NCBI GenBank assembly: GCA_047285535.1
Contig: JBJBDC010000001.1
Location: 608,136-672,135, forward strand
Origin: Synechococcus sp.
GTDB taxonomy: Bacteria; Cyanobacteriota; Cyanobacteriia; PCC-6307; Cyanobiaceae
Direction: 5' to 3'
Length of the DNA stretch: 64,000 nt
In this document: positions 30,472 through 41,060 of the stretch, in pieces
Position numbering within the stretch: the stretch's first letter is position 1
How the letters are laid out: every line of letters starts with the position of its first letter
Program-made: the position numbers and the translations under genes
Notes under the pieces: generated by a model
Seen by the model: only the letters and a program-made list of their open reading frames with translations
The model's database searches: none
Told to the model about the DNA's origin: nothing

Positions 30472-30506
30472 CCCTAGTCCCTAGTCCCTAGTCCCTAGTC
30501 CCTAGT
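30472..30506 (+). repeat. Heptamer tandem repeat (CCCTAGT)x5
   Basis: Five exact copies starting 4 nt after the pstB stop. Confidence 0.97.
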
Positions 30507-31080
30507 CTCACAGAGAAACGTAAAGAGTGACGATGTCATTGATCAATAGTAAACAGTGAACTCTATTAATGAAGTGGTCCATATCCAAGCCATGAATAAC
30601 AAGAATAGACTCAATTATTTGCGTCTCGTAAATGATAAGCCCAGTATTAGAGTGCTGTCATTGTCTTCGCTATTGCAATAGTGTTAGAGCTGTTGTTCTG
30701 TTGTATATCAATAGCGATTCAAAGTCATCAGCCATGCTGCTGTCAATAATATTTTTTCAGTTTTGCCTACTAATACAAGAAAGCGCAGCTTCCAGCCAAA
30801 TTAAAAGATGATTGCTTTTAGCCCTTCTTGATGAATAACTTATGCTATCAATAGAGAGGCAATAGAGTCCATTTCGGAAAATAGGAATCTGAAATCTTAT
30901 TATTTAATTCTCTGGTGTTGTTATAGTTCATTGTCTTCGGAAAGAATAAATCGCAAATCAAAAGGATGGATTCCCTCATTTGATAGGAGAATTATTTTTT
31001 TCAACTTATGGAGACAATATGATTTTTGATTTGAATAGCAGGTGAACACGTGTGTCCCAATCCTTGATCAATCATTGGGA

Positions 31081-31109
31081 TTAAAAAACCCCTCATTGGC
31101 GAGGGGTTT
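31081..31109 (-). terminator. Intrinsic terminator of the tRNA-Ser gene
   Basis: Minus strand AAACCCCTC-GCCAAT-GAGGGGTTT followed by a T run, just past the tRNA 3' end. Confidence 0.8.
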
Positions 31110-31119
31110 GTGGCTGGAA

Positions 31120-31206
31120 CGGAGAGGGAGGGATTCGAACCCTCGATAGAGTTGCCCCTATACAGCATTTCCAGTGCTGCGCCTTCGACCACTCGGCCAC
31201 CTCTCC
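31120..31206 (-). tRNA. tRNA-Ser (GGA)
   Basis: GGAGAGGTGGCCGAGTGG...CAGCA-CT-GGA-AA-TGCTG, long variable arm, GGTTCGAATCC, CTCTCCG; 87 nt, CCA not encoded. Confidence 0.97.
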
Positions 31207-31252
31207 AGTGGCTTGAATGAGAATGTAGCAGGGCGTTTCCTTAGGGACTGAG

Positions 31253-31621
31253 ATGAGACCCAAACACACAGTCACAATCCACTGGCCACAGGCGGGGCGG
31301 ACAATCTCGCATGAAGTACCAGAGGGTGAATACATCTTGAAGAGCTTTGAACAGCAAGGAGACATCCTTCCCTTTTCCTGCCGTAACGGCTGCTGTACGA
31401 CTTGTGCTGTGCGGGTGCGGAGTGGATGCTTGGATCAAAGTGAGGCGATGGGCCTTTCCAAAGAGCTCAGGAAACAGGGCTATGGACTTCTTTGCGTGGC
31501 CAAAGCGTTTGGCCCAGTGGAAGCGGTCACTCAAGATGAAGATGAGGTCTACGAACTTCAGTTCGGACGTCATTTTGGTCTTGGCCAGGTCCGGCCTGGT
31601 CTTCCTTTAGAGGATGAATGA
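31253..31621 (+). CDS. 2Fe-2S ferredoxin
   Basis: LPFSCRNGCCTTC ... LLC. Confidence 0.92.
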   Translation: MRPKHTVTIHWPQAGRTISHEVPEGEYILKSFEQQGDILPFSCRNGCCTTCAVRVRSGCLDQSEAMGLSKELRKQGYGLLCVAKAFGPVEAVTQDEDEVYELQFGRHFGLGQVRPGLPLEDE

Positions 31622-32487
31622 TGCAAACAGTGCTTGATTGCTTACAAACCGCTCGAAACGCTGAACTCGACACCAGCACCCAAAACAACCTGGCAGAGAT
31701 CGCTCGTGCTGCCTCAAACAGAGGTGGAGCAGTCCTCATGAATCACTATGGACGACTCAGCCGTATCGAAAACAAGGGACGTGTTGGTGATTTAGTCACT
31801 AACGCTGATGTTGCTGCTGAGCAAGTTGTTCTTGAATTTCTACGGGAGCAGACTCCTCACATCGGGATCCTTGCCGAGGAATCTGGATCGAGTGGAGTTC
31901 CAGGTCAGCTTTGTTGGTGTGTTGATCCTCTCGACGGAACAACAAATTTTGCCCACGGCTATCCCTTTTTTGCCACGTCAGTAGGGTTGGTTTGGAACGG
32001 ACATCCTGTTTTGGGTTCGGTGTCAGTGCCATTCCTTGAAGAGATTTATTGGTGTTCTCCCAGCCAAGGGAGTTATCTCAATGATCAACGGATTCATGTG
32101 ACGGATTGCAGCAAAATGGAGGAAAGTCTTTTAGTTACTGGATTTGCGTATGACCGTCGTGAAGTGAAAGATAATAATTACGCCGAATTTTGCTGGTTAA
32201 CACATCGATGCCGCGGAGTGCGACGTGGTGGTGCAGCTGCGGTGGATCTTGCATTCGTTGCAGCAGGGCGCTTGGATGGATATTGGGAAAGGGGTTTAGC
32301 CCCATGGGATCTCGCTGCTGGAGCAGCATTAGTCTGCTGTGCTGGAGGCAGTGTCAGCGATTACAAGACGACAGAATTTGATGTTGCAAACGGCAGGATT
32401 CTTGCCACATCACCGGAGCTGCATCAGCCACTCTGGCAAGAGCTTGATCAAGTCAAAGCTTTTCATCCAGAGAGCTACGGTGCCTGA
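31618..32487 (+). CDS. Inositol monophosphatase family protein (SuhB-like)
   Basis: DLVTNAD, LAEES, CVDPLDGTTNF, WDLAAG. Confidence 0.93.
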   Translation: MMQTVLDCLQTARNAELDTSTQNNLAEIARAASNRGGAVLMNHYGRLSRIENKGRVGDLVTNADVAAEQVVLEFLREQTPHIGILAEESGSSGVPGQLCWCVDPLDGTTNFAHGYPFFATSVGLVWNGHPVLGSVSVPFLEEIYWCSPSQGSYLNDQRIHVTDCSKMEESLLVTGFAYDRREVKDNNYAEFCWLTHRCRGVRRGGAAAVDLAFVAAGRLDGYWERGLAPWDLAAGAALVCCAGGSVSDYKTTEFDVANGRILATSPELHQPLWQELDQVKAFHPESYGA

Positions 32488-32533
32488 ATAACAACGTCAT
32501 AAGATGATTGATCGTGATTGATTCAGTAGCTGG

Positions 32534-33712
32534 ATGGCACTGCAACCCGCCACTGGCGCCCGAGATCTGAATCCTAAGCAGGTCCAACAAAATCAGGAGC
32601 TACGTGAACAATTGGCGGTGGTCTATCGCCACTGGGGGTATGACGAAGTCTCACCACCTCAGGTAGAACGTCTGGATACACTCATGGCCGGTGGAGCAAT
32701 AGCCAGTCACGATGTTGTGCGTCTGGTCTCTGACGATCCTCTAGGACTGCGACCAGAGATGACAGCTTCGATTGCAAGAGCTGCCTGTACGAGGCTGAAG
32801 GACCGTACAAGACCCTTGAGACTCTGGGCTTGCGGCACTATTTTCGAAAGTCGGACAGCTGAAGAAGGTGGACTTTGCATAGAAGAAAAACTTCATAGCG
32901 GTGTCGAACTGTTTGGCATTAAGGAACTCGGAGCTGAGCTCGAACTCCTCACTCTGCTTCTGCAAGCGATGAATGCACTCTCTCTAGACGCTGAACATCA
33001 GCCTCGTCTGCTGATTGGACATACCTCCTTAATGGATTTAGCTCTGGCCCCGATCAACGCACAATCCCGAGAGCGGATCCGAACCTGTTTGGTTCAATAT
33101 GATCGCCTCGGTCTAGAAGCAATGGAGATCGAATCCTCAACATTGAAGGAGCTTGTGGATTTACTCGACTATCGCGGACAACCGAAAGAAATACTTGAAC
33201 TGTTGGAAGGCCACTTCGGCAACCAACAAGTGCTCGCAGACTTGAAACGCTTATTTGAGCATCTAAGTCCCCTTGCGGATGAACAATCCATCGCAATCCA
33301 ATTGGATCCAACCTTTCATCCTCATCATGAGCTCTACGATGGATTAGTGTTTCAAGTTGTTTGCCAAGGGATCTCAGCTCCTGTGGTGATTGCCCGTGGG
33401 GGAAGATACGATGGATTAGTGCAGCGATGTGGAGAAGTCGAAAAGAACGCTGCCGGCGTAGGATTTAGTTTCTGTTTGGATGATATTCGTAATCTTCCAG
33501 CATCTACTTCAGACGAGAAACCTAAGCAGGATAGTATTTTGATCTGCTGGAGCAAGAATTCGAGTCTTGAGAAGGCGTTATTAAAACAGAAAAACTGGCA
33601 TGCACATGGTCGAATCGCTCTGTGTGATCTCACGGCTTGCAACGACCGAACAGAAGCCGAGCAAAAGCTTGAGAGGTCGAATTGCAGCTCATTTGACTGG
33701 CTGATTGACTAG
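32534..33712 (+). CDS. hisZ: ATP phosphoribosyltransferase regulatory subunit
   Basis: MALQPATGARD, LRPEMTASIAR, GVELFG, GGRYD, GFS. Confidence 0.92.
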   Translation: MALQPATGARDLNPKQVQQNQELREQLAVVYRHWGYDEVSPPQVERLDTLMAGGAIASHDVVRLVSDDPLGLRPEMTASIARAACTRLKDRTRPLRLWACGTIFESRTAEEGGLCIEEKLHSGVELFGIKELGAELELLTLLLQAMNALSLDAEHQPRLLIGHTSLMDLALAPINAQSRERIRTCLVQYDRLGLEAMEIESSTLKELVDLLDYRGQPKEILELLEGHFGNQQVLADLKRLFEHLSPLADEQSIAIQLDPTFHPHHELYDGLVFQVVCQGISAPVVIARGGRYDGLVQRCGEVEKNAAGVGFSFCLDDIRNLPASTSDEKPKQDSILICWSKNSSLEKALLKQKNWHAHGRIALCDLTACNDRTEAEQKLERSNCSSFDWLID

Positions 33713-33742
33713 ATTGTTATTGACATAGCAAGGTGTGAAACC

Positions 33743-33967
33743 ATGGCGCATACCATCATCAGCGATATCTGCGAAGGAGTAGCTGACTGTGTTGACGCTT
33801 GTCCTGTTGCATGCATCCAGCCAGGAAGCGGAAAGAATAAAAAAGGAACAGATTTCTATTTCATAAATTTTGATACGTGTATTGATTGTGGCATTTGCCT
33901 TCAGGTTTGCCCAGTTGGAGGCGCAATTATTCCAGATGAATGCCCAGAACTCCAAAAAGCTGACTAA
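33743..33967 (+). CDS. Bacterial-type dicluster ferredoxin (3Fe-4S/4Fe-4S)
   Basis: CEGVADCVDACP and CIDCGICLQVCP. Confidence 0.93.
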   Translation: MAHTIISDICEGVADCVDACPVACIQPGSGKNKKGTDFYFINFDTCIDCGICLQVCPVGGAIIPDECPELQKAD

Positions 33968-34555
33968 CACGTCACTGAATGTGGGGAAGCAAGTATTTAA
34001 CGAGAAGCTAATCAATCTCATTCTTAACCCTTAGAGAACAAGTTGTATAAACGTTTCTAATTTTTGGACAAACACTAGAAACACATAACATCAGTCATGA
34101 TCACAGAGCAAACCAAGCAGGATTATATAGTCTGCCTATTTGCTGGAAATTGTAGATCCTGCCTCATAGCATTAGAATTTAAGCAATACAATTCAGACAA
34201 GGAGAACTGACTTGAAACTTCCAGCAATCTTAAAAAGCTAATCTTAAAGCTAAACACAAGCCGAATCGTGATCGAATACCAAGCATGCATTCATTCAAAA
34301 AATATTTATGGCGATCAATGAATAGGATCTAAACAATAGCCGGCCGTGGTATTATTGAGGAGGAATATGATTAATCTGGATTCTCTATTGCTTATACACC
34401 TAGGCTTCCTAATACTGGAACAAACCAGGCTGAACATGACAACTAGGGCGATCAACGCGCTAAAAGCGTAATCAAGAGGTTCGGGGAACCCCCAATACTC
34501 CATCTTGTGCTTTAACTGTCCGCATCTCTAAAATTCTTTTTTTAGGGCATTGATC

Positions 34556-36460
34556 ATGGCGGTGATGGAAGAGCAGGGTCAGATCAAGATCCACACCGAA
34601 AACATCTTCCCAATCATCAAAAAGGCTGTTTATTCTGGTCACGAAGTATTCCTGCGTGAACTGGTTAGTAATGGTGTCGATGCGATTAGTAAAAGGCGCA
34701 TGGCTGCAATGGCAGGAGATTGCAGCGAAGGAGACGATGGTCTGATCAAGATTCATGTGGATCGATCTGCTAAAACCATAACCATTTCTGATAACGGAAT
34801 CGGCATGACAGCCGATGAAGTGAAGAGATACATTAATCAGGTTGCCTTCTCAAGTGCAGAGGACTTTCTAGAGAAATACAAACAAGAAGACGATGCCATC
34901 ATCGGTCACTTTGGCCTGGGGTTCTATTCAAGCTTTATGGTTTCGGATCGCGTTGAACTGGTCACTAAATCCGCAAAACCTGACAACGATTCCGTTCGCT
35001 GGAGTTGCGACGGCTCGCCTAACTTCACCATTACAAGCGGCGATCGATCTGAACCCGGTACCGATGTTATTCTTCATCTGATGGAAGACGAATTGGAATA
35101 TATTGAACCAGCAAGAATACGCAACCTAGTTAATACTTATTGCGACTTTATGTCGATCCCAGTTCAACTTGAAGGTGAAACTATTAATAAGATGATAGCT
35201 CCTTGGCGCAAGAGCGCCCGTGAATTAACCGATCAGGATTATATAGATCTTTATCATTATCTATATCCATTTCAAGGAGATCCATTACTTTGGGTTCATC
35301 TGAACACAGATTATCCTTACAATTTACAAGGAATTCTATTTTTTCCAAAACAAACTGGCAGAGCTGATTGGGAGAAAGGAGAGATCAAACTTTACTGCAA
35401 TCAAGTTTTTGTAAGTGATTCGATAAAGGAGGTTGTTCCTCGGTACCTCCTTCCTTTAAGAGGCGTGATTGATTCGCCTGATATTCCTTTAAATGTAAGC
35501 AGAAGTGCCTTGCAAACCGATCGAAGAGTAAGATCCATAGGTAATTTTGTTGCGAAAAAAGTATCTGATCGTCTTCGTAGTCTGAAAAAAGATGATTCCA
35601 AATTATATGCAGATGCATGGGAATCTTTGGCCCCTTTTGTAAAGATAGGAGCTATGGAGGATGATAAATTTGCAGAGCAAGTGGAAGAACTTATTCTATT
35701 TGCAACCAGCGCTGATCCCTCAACGGAAGATGGCGGAGATCCATTTGCAGGCAAAGAGCACGCCTACACAACCTTTGCAGGGTATCGAGGGAGAATGAAA
35801 AGTGATGAAAAAAAGATTTTGTATTGTACAGATGAAGTATCACAGTCTGCAGCATTAAATTTGTGGACATCCCAGGACAGGGAAGTCTTATTTGCAGAAA
35901 CAGTGATTGATAGTCAATTCATCCCATGGCTGGAATCTCGCCATAATGAATTTACATTTCAGCGAGTTGATGCAGAATTAGACGATTCACTAAGAGAGGA
36001 GTTACCCGAAATTAGCGATGCCGATGGAGAAACCAAGAGTGAGAGCATTCGAAAACTAATCAAAGAAGCACTTTCTAATGATAAAGTAACAATTCAGGTG
36101 CAATCGCTTAAATCCGGATCTGAGAGTCCAGCTGCATTAATTTTGCTTCCCGAGCAAATGCGACGCATGAATGATATAGGTGCATTGATGGACCAGAAAC
36201 TCCCTGGCTTACCAGATCATCATGTGCTGCTAGTAAACCAAAAACATCCCCTTGTGGAAGGATTGCTGAAGTTACAAGCAGGCGGTGTGATTGTTGGTGA
36301 TTCAGGTCAGTCGCCTAGTGAACAACTTGCAAGAGATCTGGCTCAACATCTTTATGCCACCGCAAAGCTATCGGTAGGAGGGCTAGATCCACGGGAGCTA
36401 GCTGCGTTCCAGGCAAAGAACCTTCAATTAATGTCGCAGTTAATGGAAAGAGGTCTTTGA
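34556..36460 (+). CDS. htpG: Chaperone HtpG (Hsp90)
   Basis: FLRELVSNGVDA, DNGIGMT, IGHFGLGFYS, PLNVSRS. Confidence 0.97.
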   Translation: MAVMEEQGQIKIHTENIFPIIKKAVYSGHEVFLRELVSNGVDAISKRRMAAMAGDCSEGDDGLIKIHVDRSAKTITISDNGIGMTADEVKRYINQVAFSSAEDFLEKYKQEDDAIIGHFGLGFYSSFMVSDRVELVTKSAKPDNDSVRWSCDGSPNFTITSGDRSEPGTDVILHLMEDELEYIEPARIRNLVNTYCDFMSIPVQLEGETINKMIAPWRKSARELTDQDYIDLYHYLYPFQGDPLLWVHLNTDYPYNLQGILFFPKQTGRADWEKGEIKLYCNQVFVSDSIKEVVPRYLLPLRGVIDSPDIPLNVSRSALQTDRRVRSIGNFVAKKVSDRLRSLKKDDSKLYADAWESLAPFVKIGAMEDDKFAEQVEELILFATSADPSTEDGGDPFAGKEHAYTTFAGYRGRMKSDEKKILYCTDEVSQSAALNLWTSQDREVLFAETVIDSQFIPWLESRHNEFTFQRVDAELDDSLREELPEISDADGETKSESIRKLIKEALSNDKVTIQVQSLKSGSESPAALILLPEQMRRMNDIGALMDQKLPGLPDHHVLLVNQKHPLVEGLLKLQAGGVIVGDSGQSPSEQLARDLAQHLYATAKLSVGGLDPRELAAFQAKNLQLMSQLMERGL

Positions 36461-36520
36461 ACACCCACTTTGCTAAGGTATGACTACGGTTAATACCCAT
36501 CGCTTCTAAAGGTCCTCGTT

Positions 36521-36757
36521 ATGTCACGGGTGTGTCAGCTCACAGGTACTCGCGCTAATAACGGCATGGCTGTGAGCCACTCCCACATAAGAACAAAAAA
36601 GTTGCAACAGGCCAATTTGCAACAACGTCGTCTTTGGTGGGCAGAGGGTAAGCGTTGGATCAACCTTCGCATCACAACACGTGCGTTAAAAACAATTCAA
36701 AAGAAAGGTTTAGGTGCATATGCTCGTTCTCTTGGCATCAATCTCGCCAAACTCTGA
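36521..36757 (+). CDS. rpmB: 50S ribosomal protein L28
   Basis: MSRVCQLTG...[10 protein letters not shown]...NLQ. Confidence 0.97.
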   Translation: MSRVCQLTGTRANNGMAVSHSHIRTKKLQQANLQQRRLWWAEGKRWINLRITTRALKTIQKKGLGAYARSLGINLAKL

Positions 36758-36791
36758 TTCTTTCTAGAGTTTCGCGACTTGAATTGTATAG

Positions 36792-37343
36792 ATGAACAGG
36801 CGATCATTCATCCAAATAGTTTTTTTTGGATTTCTAGCCCTTGTAAGTCGCCCCCAACGCTCACTAGCCTTAGGTGGAAAGTTACCTGAAGTAGGATCCC
36901 TAGCTCCTGACTTTGAGTTACCAGGTGTAAGCATTCTTGCCCCCCAACAGACTCAATGGAATCTCAGGAGTTTTAAAGGGCGTTGGTTGGTGCTTTATTT
37001 CTACCCAAGGGATTTCACTTCTGGGTGCACGATCGAAGCGCACAGCTTTCAACAAGCACTGCCAATGTTCAAATTGGAAGGGGCAGAGGTTTCAGCAATC
37101 AGTGCTGACTCTGTTAGTGATCATGAATCGTTCTGCAGTTCTGAGAAGCTGGCTTTTCCATTGCTGTCCGACCCGAATGGTGACGTGAGCAAGGCATACG
37201 GATCCTGGATGGCTCCGTACTCCATGCGACATACGTTTCTAATCGATCAAGACTCAGTGCTCCGTGCAGTCTGGACTGGAGTGCGCCCTGTTGGCCATGC
37301 CAAGGAAGTACTTAATCGACTTCGTGAACTCAAGGCCAATTGA
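36792..37343 (+). CDS. Peroxiredoxin Q/BCP with Tat-like leader
   Basis: VLYFYPRDFTSGCTIEA; N-terminal NRRSFI twin-arginine-like signal. Confidence 0.9.
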   Translation: MNRRSFIQIVFFGFLALVSRPQRSLALGGKLPEVGSLAPDFELPGVSILAPQQTQWNLRSFKGRWLVLYFYPRDFTSGCTIEAHSFQQALPMFKLEGAEVSAISADSVSDHESFCSSEKLAFPLLSDPNGDVSKAYGSWMAPYSMRHTFLIDQDSVLRAVWTGVRPVGHAKEVLNRLRELKAN

Positions 37344-37411
37344 GCATTCTGCTCGTGTTAGAGGTAGGGAGTTGAACTTGGCTCAATGGAGCCGCTCGTG
37401 AGGATTCTGCT

Positions 37412-38911
37412 ATGGCGATTGAAAAAGGGCAGAGTCCTTTTATCCTTCTATATCACAGAACTCCATTCGATGAAGGCAAGGATGAGAATGGCAACAGGGT
37501 TTGGTGCGATCAAAAAAGTCCTAATGGAATTATCCCTACACTGAGAAACCTATTTCGTACTCGAGAAAACGGTACATGGATCGCTTGGAGAAAAGTAGAT
37601 GCAATCGAAGATTCAAATGATGAACGCATCGCGATGTCAAATCCAAAACCTTTTACATTACGAAGGATTCCACTTGAAGAAAATCAAATATCTAGTTTCT
37701 ATCATGTTACATCAAAGGAATCATTCTGGCCCATTCTTCATACTTTTCCAACATATTTTGATGTTAACAATGCGGATTGGGAGATCTTTGAAGAGGTTAA
37801 TCTTCGTTTCGCAACAGCAGCCTGCCATGAGGCTGCTGAATCAGCAACAGTATGGGTACATGATTACAACCTTTGGCTCGTTCCTGGATACATTAGAAGC
37901 TTAAGACCTGACTTGAAAATTGCATTTTTTCATCACACTCCATTTCCTGGTAACGATGTTTTTGCAATACTGCCCTGGCGTGAGCAAATAGTTGAAAGTC
38001 TGTTGAGTTGCGATGTTGTTGGCTTCCATATCCCAAGATATACAGAGAACTTTGCCCGTGCAGCTAATTGTCTATTAGGTGCAAAGAAAGGCTCAAAACA
38101 ACCTGTTAATGCAAGATTTGTGTCTATCGGATCAGCATTAACAGAACCTTCGGAAACACCTTGTTTATTTTACAAGGGGCGTGAAATTAAACTTTTGTCT
38201 TCACCTGTTGGAACATCACCTGATGTTATTTTAAAACTGGCTGACAGAGATGATGTTCGAGAGCTTGCCGATAAGATCGATGATGATACGAAAAAAGGGA
38301 GAAAGCTTATTTTATCGGCCAGTCGTGTCGACTACACCAAAGGTAATGAAGAACTTCTGCTTGCATTTGAACGCCTATTAGAACGTCGTCCGGATTGGCA
38401 TGGAAAGGTTGTTCTAATGCTTGCTTGTGTTGCAGCGGCAAGTGGAATGAAGATCTACGAAGAGACTCAACGAACCATTGAAGAAACTGCAGGACGAATT
38501 AATGGACGATTTAGTCTTATCGATTGGGTGCCAATACGATTTTCAACACGTCGAATTCCATATGAAGAGATGGTGGCATGGTTTACTCGGTCTGATATTT
38601 GCTGGATCACGCCTCTTCGTGATGGCTTAAATCTAGTCGCCAAGGAATATGCAGCTGCTCGTAAGGATCGAGGTGGGGTTCTTGTGTTGTCTGAGTTCAC
38701 TGGAGCTTCAGTTGTACTGAATGGTGCTGTCTTAACTAATCCTTACTCTCATCGTCAAATGGATGAAGCCATTGAACGCGCTCTGGAAATGCCGGAGACA
38801 GAGCAAATTCAAAGAATGAGCAGGATGAGTCGTGCCGTTGAAAGTTTTACTGTTAGTGATTGGGTCAACGAACAAATGAGCGCACTCGACAATCACCCCT
38901 CAGCTGAATAG
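37412..38911 (+). CDS. ggpS: Glucosylglycerol-phosphate synthase (GT20)
   Basis: YHRTPF, KSPNGIIPTL, WVHDYNLW, RVDYTKG, DGLNLVAKE; followed by a sugar ABC transporter. Confidence 0.92.
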   Translation: MAIEKGQSPFILLYHRTPFDEGKDENGNRVWCDQKSPNGIIPTLRNLFRTRENGTWIAWRKVDAIEDSNDERIAMSNPKPFTLRRIPLEENQISSFYHVTSKESFWPILHTFPTYFDVNNADWEIFEEVNLRFATAACHEAAESATVWVHDYNLWLVPGYIRSLRPDLKIAFFHHTPFPGNDVFAILPWREQIVESLLSCDVVGFHIPRYTENFARAANCLLGAKKGSKQPVNARFVSIGSALTEPSETPCLFYKGREIKLLSSPVGTSPDVILKLADRDDVRELADKIDDDTKKGRKLILSASRVDYTKGNEELLLAFERLLERRPDWHGKVVLMLACVAAASGMKIYEETQRTIEETAGRINGRFSLIDWVPIRFSTRRIPYEEMVAWFTRSDICWITPLRDGLNLVAKEYAAARKDRGGVLVLSEFTGASVVLNGAVLTNPYSHRQMDEAIERALEMPETEQIQRMSRMSRAVESFTVSDWVNEQMSALDNHPSAE

Positions 38912-40182
38912 TGAAAAGATTAATCCTTCGAAGACGAGTACTGGCAATCATTACTGGTCTCATTATTTTCATTGCCACCATTCGTTTAGCTAATGCAAGA
39001 GAGATAGAGTCAATATCCTTTCTTTTTCCAGCTCCATATGCAGATGCTACAAGTGAATTGGTTCAACAATTCAATCGAGAAAACCATGGAAAGATAAAGC
39101 TCAATATTATTCGTGGTCCATTTGCCACTGATGCTGTGTCTGATTTAGCTATTAGCAGTTTACTTTTAGGTCGTGCACCATTTGATGGATTGCTAATGGA
39201 CGTCACTTGGTTACCAAAATATGCAGCGGCTGGTTGGATTGAACCACTTGATTCATATTTTGATGAGAATGACGTGACTTCATTGGCAGAAGGTGCAAGA
39301 GAGGGTAATTTCTACAATGATCATTTATATCGGTGGCCATTGGCTGCCGATATGGGATTGTTGTATTGGAGAACTGATTTGATGGATGCTCCTCCTCAAA
39401 CACCTCAGGAACTTATTTCAATCAGCAAATCCATACAAAAAGAAAAAAAGGTTGAATGGGGATATGTTTGGCAAGGTCGTCAATATGAAGGTTTAAGTTG
39501 TGTTTATTTAGAAATGATTAAAGGTTTTGGCGGATTCTGGTATCACCCAAATGATAATCGGATTGGCCTGGATCAATCAGCGGGCGTCACAGCAGCAGCA
39601 TGGCTCAATTCACTCATTGAACAGGGTGTAAGTCCAGAGGCAGTCACAAATTTTGCAGAGCCTGAGGCTCTCCAGAGCTTTAGAGCAGGAGATTCTGCAT
39701 TCATGCGTAATTGGCCTTATGCCTGGTCAGAACTCCAACAACCTGACAGTCCCATTAAAGGGAAAGTTGGTGTTACTACTATGGTTGCAAACCCTGGATA
39801 TTCAACATCCACCAACGGTAGCTGGGGTCTAACAGTGTTGAATGAATCCAGTCATATTGAGGCTGCTGTCAAGGCAATACGTTTTCTCACTAATAATGAT
39901 TCACAAAAGCAACTATTTCTTCAACATGGTTATACACCTACTAAAAAAAGTATATTTGAGGACCCTTTACTCCTTGAAGAAGAGCCAATCCTGAAAGAAC
40001 TAGACCGTGCACTAAATGTTTCAAAAGCAAGGCCTGAAACTCCCCTTTATGCACAAATCAGTGATGTCTTACAGCGTCAATTAAGCGGAGTGCTAACAGC
40101 TGAGCAAACCCCTCAACAGGGTATGTCACAAGCCACACGTAATACGCAAGAAATCCTGATATCAGCCGGAGAACAACGATGA
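38911..40182 (+). CDS. ggtB: Glucosylglycerol/sugar ABC transporter substrate-binding protein
   Basis: SBP family 1 features (YEGL, FMRNWPYAW, ARPETPLY); substrate inferred from position next to ggpS. Confidence 0.8.
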   Translation: MKRLILRRRVLAIITGLIIFIATIRLANAREIESISFLFPAPYADATSELVQQFNRENHGKIKLNIIRGPFATDAVSDLAISSLLLGRAPFDGLLMDVTWLPKYAAAGWIEPLDSYFDENDVTSLAEGAREGNFYNDHLYRWPLAADMGLLYWRTDLMDAPPQTPQELISISKSIQKEKKVEWGYVWQGRQYEGLSCVYLEMIKGFGGFWYHPNDNRIGLDQSAGVTAAAWLNSLIEQGVSPEAVTNFAEPEALQSFRAGDSAFMRNWPYAWSELQQPDSPIKGKVGVTTMVANPGYSTSTNGSWGLTVLNESSHIEAAVKAIRFLTNNDSQKQLFLQHGYTPTKKSIFEDPLLLEEEPILKELDRALNVSKARPETPLYAQISDVLQRQLSGVLTAEQTPQQGMSQATRNTQEILISAGEQR

Positions 40183-41060
40183 TCATATTGTTATTAATTC
40201 CATCATTGCTACTTCTTCTCATTGTTTTTGTTGTACCCTTGCTTCGCTACTTGTGGTTAAGTTTTCATGCTGATTCGGTTGTAACAGGATTAATTCCGAT
40301 TCCTAACCATGGTGCTAATTGGGTCAGGTTGATCAGTGATGAAAGATATTGGCAGGCGCTAGGTCAAACCTTTCGATTTGCCGGGGTTTCTGTTTGTGTT
40401 GAATTGGTACTTGCACTTTGTATCGCTCTTCTTTTGGATCAGAGATGGCGAGGTCGAAGTGTTGTGCGGGCAATAACACTGATACCGTGGGCACTCCCAA
40501 CAACAGTGATGGCCTTAGGATGGAGATGGATTTTCAATACACCTTACGGGCCTATCGATCATCTCACCAATTTGATTGGTATCGGATCATTGAATATCCT
40601 CGGTGAACCAAATTTTGCTTGGTTGGCTACCGTTTTTGCAGACGTATGGAAAACAACTCCCTTTGCAGCTTTAATTATCCTTGCAGGGCTGCAAACGATC
40701 CCTTCAGATCTCTACGAAGCTCTTCGCCTGGAGGGGGCACAATCATTATCGATCCTTCGTCGCATAACTCTTCCATTGCTTCGTCCTTATATTCTCCTAG
40801 CATTGCTATTCAGACTAGCTCAAGCCTTTGGAGTGTTTGATTTGATTCAAGTCCTCACTGGTGGAGGTCCTGCAGGCAGCACGGAAAGTGTTGCTTTATA
40901 CGCCTATTTGAATGCTCTTAGATTTCTAGATTTCGGCTACAGCGCCACTCTAATTATTAGCAGTTTTATTTTTATATGCATGACTTGCATAGTGGCTTGG
41001 TTTTGTATTAAAGCATTTTTCCCTCAGCATTCACTGCCTAAGGAGCTCACTAAATCATGA
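40179..41060 (+). CDS. ggtC: Sugar ABC transporter permease
   Basis: DVWKTTPF, LQTIPSDLYEA; MalF-like. Confidence 0.8.
   Translation: MIILLLIPSLLLLLIVFVVPLLRYLWLSFHADSVVTGLIPIPNHGANWVRLISDERYWQALGQTFRFAGVSVCVELVLALCIALLLDQRWRGRSVVRAITLIPWALPTTVMALGWRWIFNTPYGPIDHLTNLIGIGSLNILGEPNFAWLATVFADVWKTTPFAALIILAGLQTIPSDLYEALRLEGAQSLSILRRITLPLLRPYILLALLFRLAQAFGVFDLIQVLTGGGPAGSTESVALYAYLNALRFLDFGYSATLIISSFIFICMTCIVAWFCIKAFFPQHSLPKELTKS

Noticed and set aside
31001..31192. 63-aa ORF over the tRNA region
   Set aside because: Spurious frame overlapping tRNA-Ser and its terminator.
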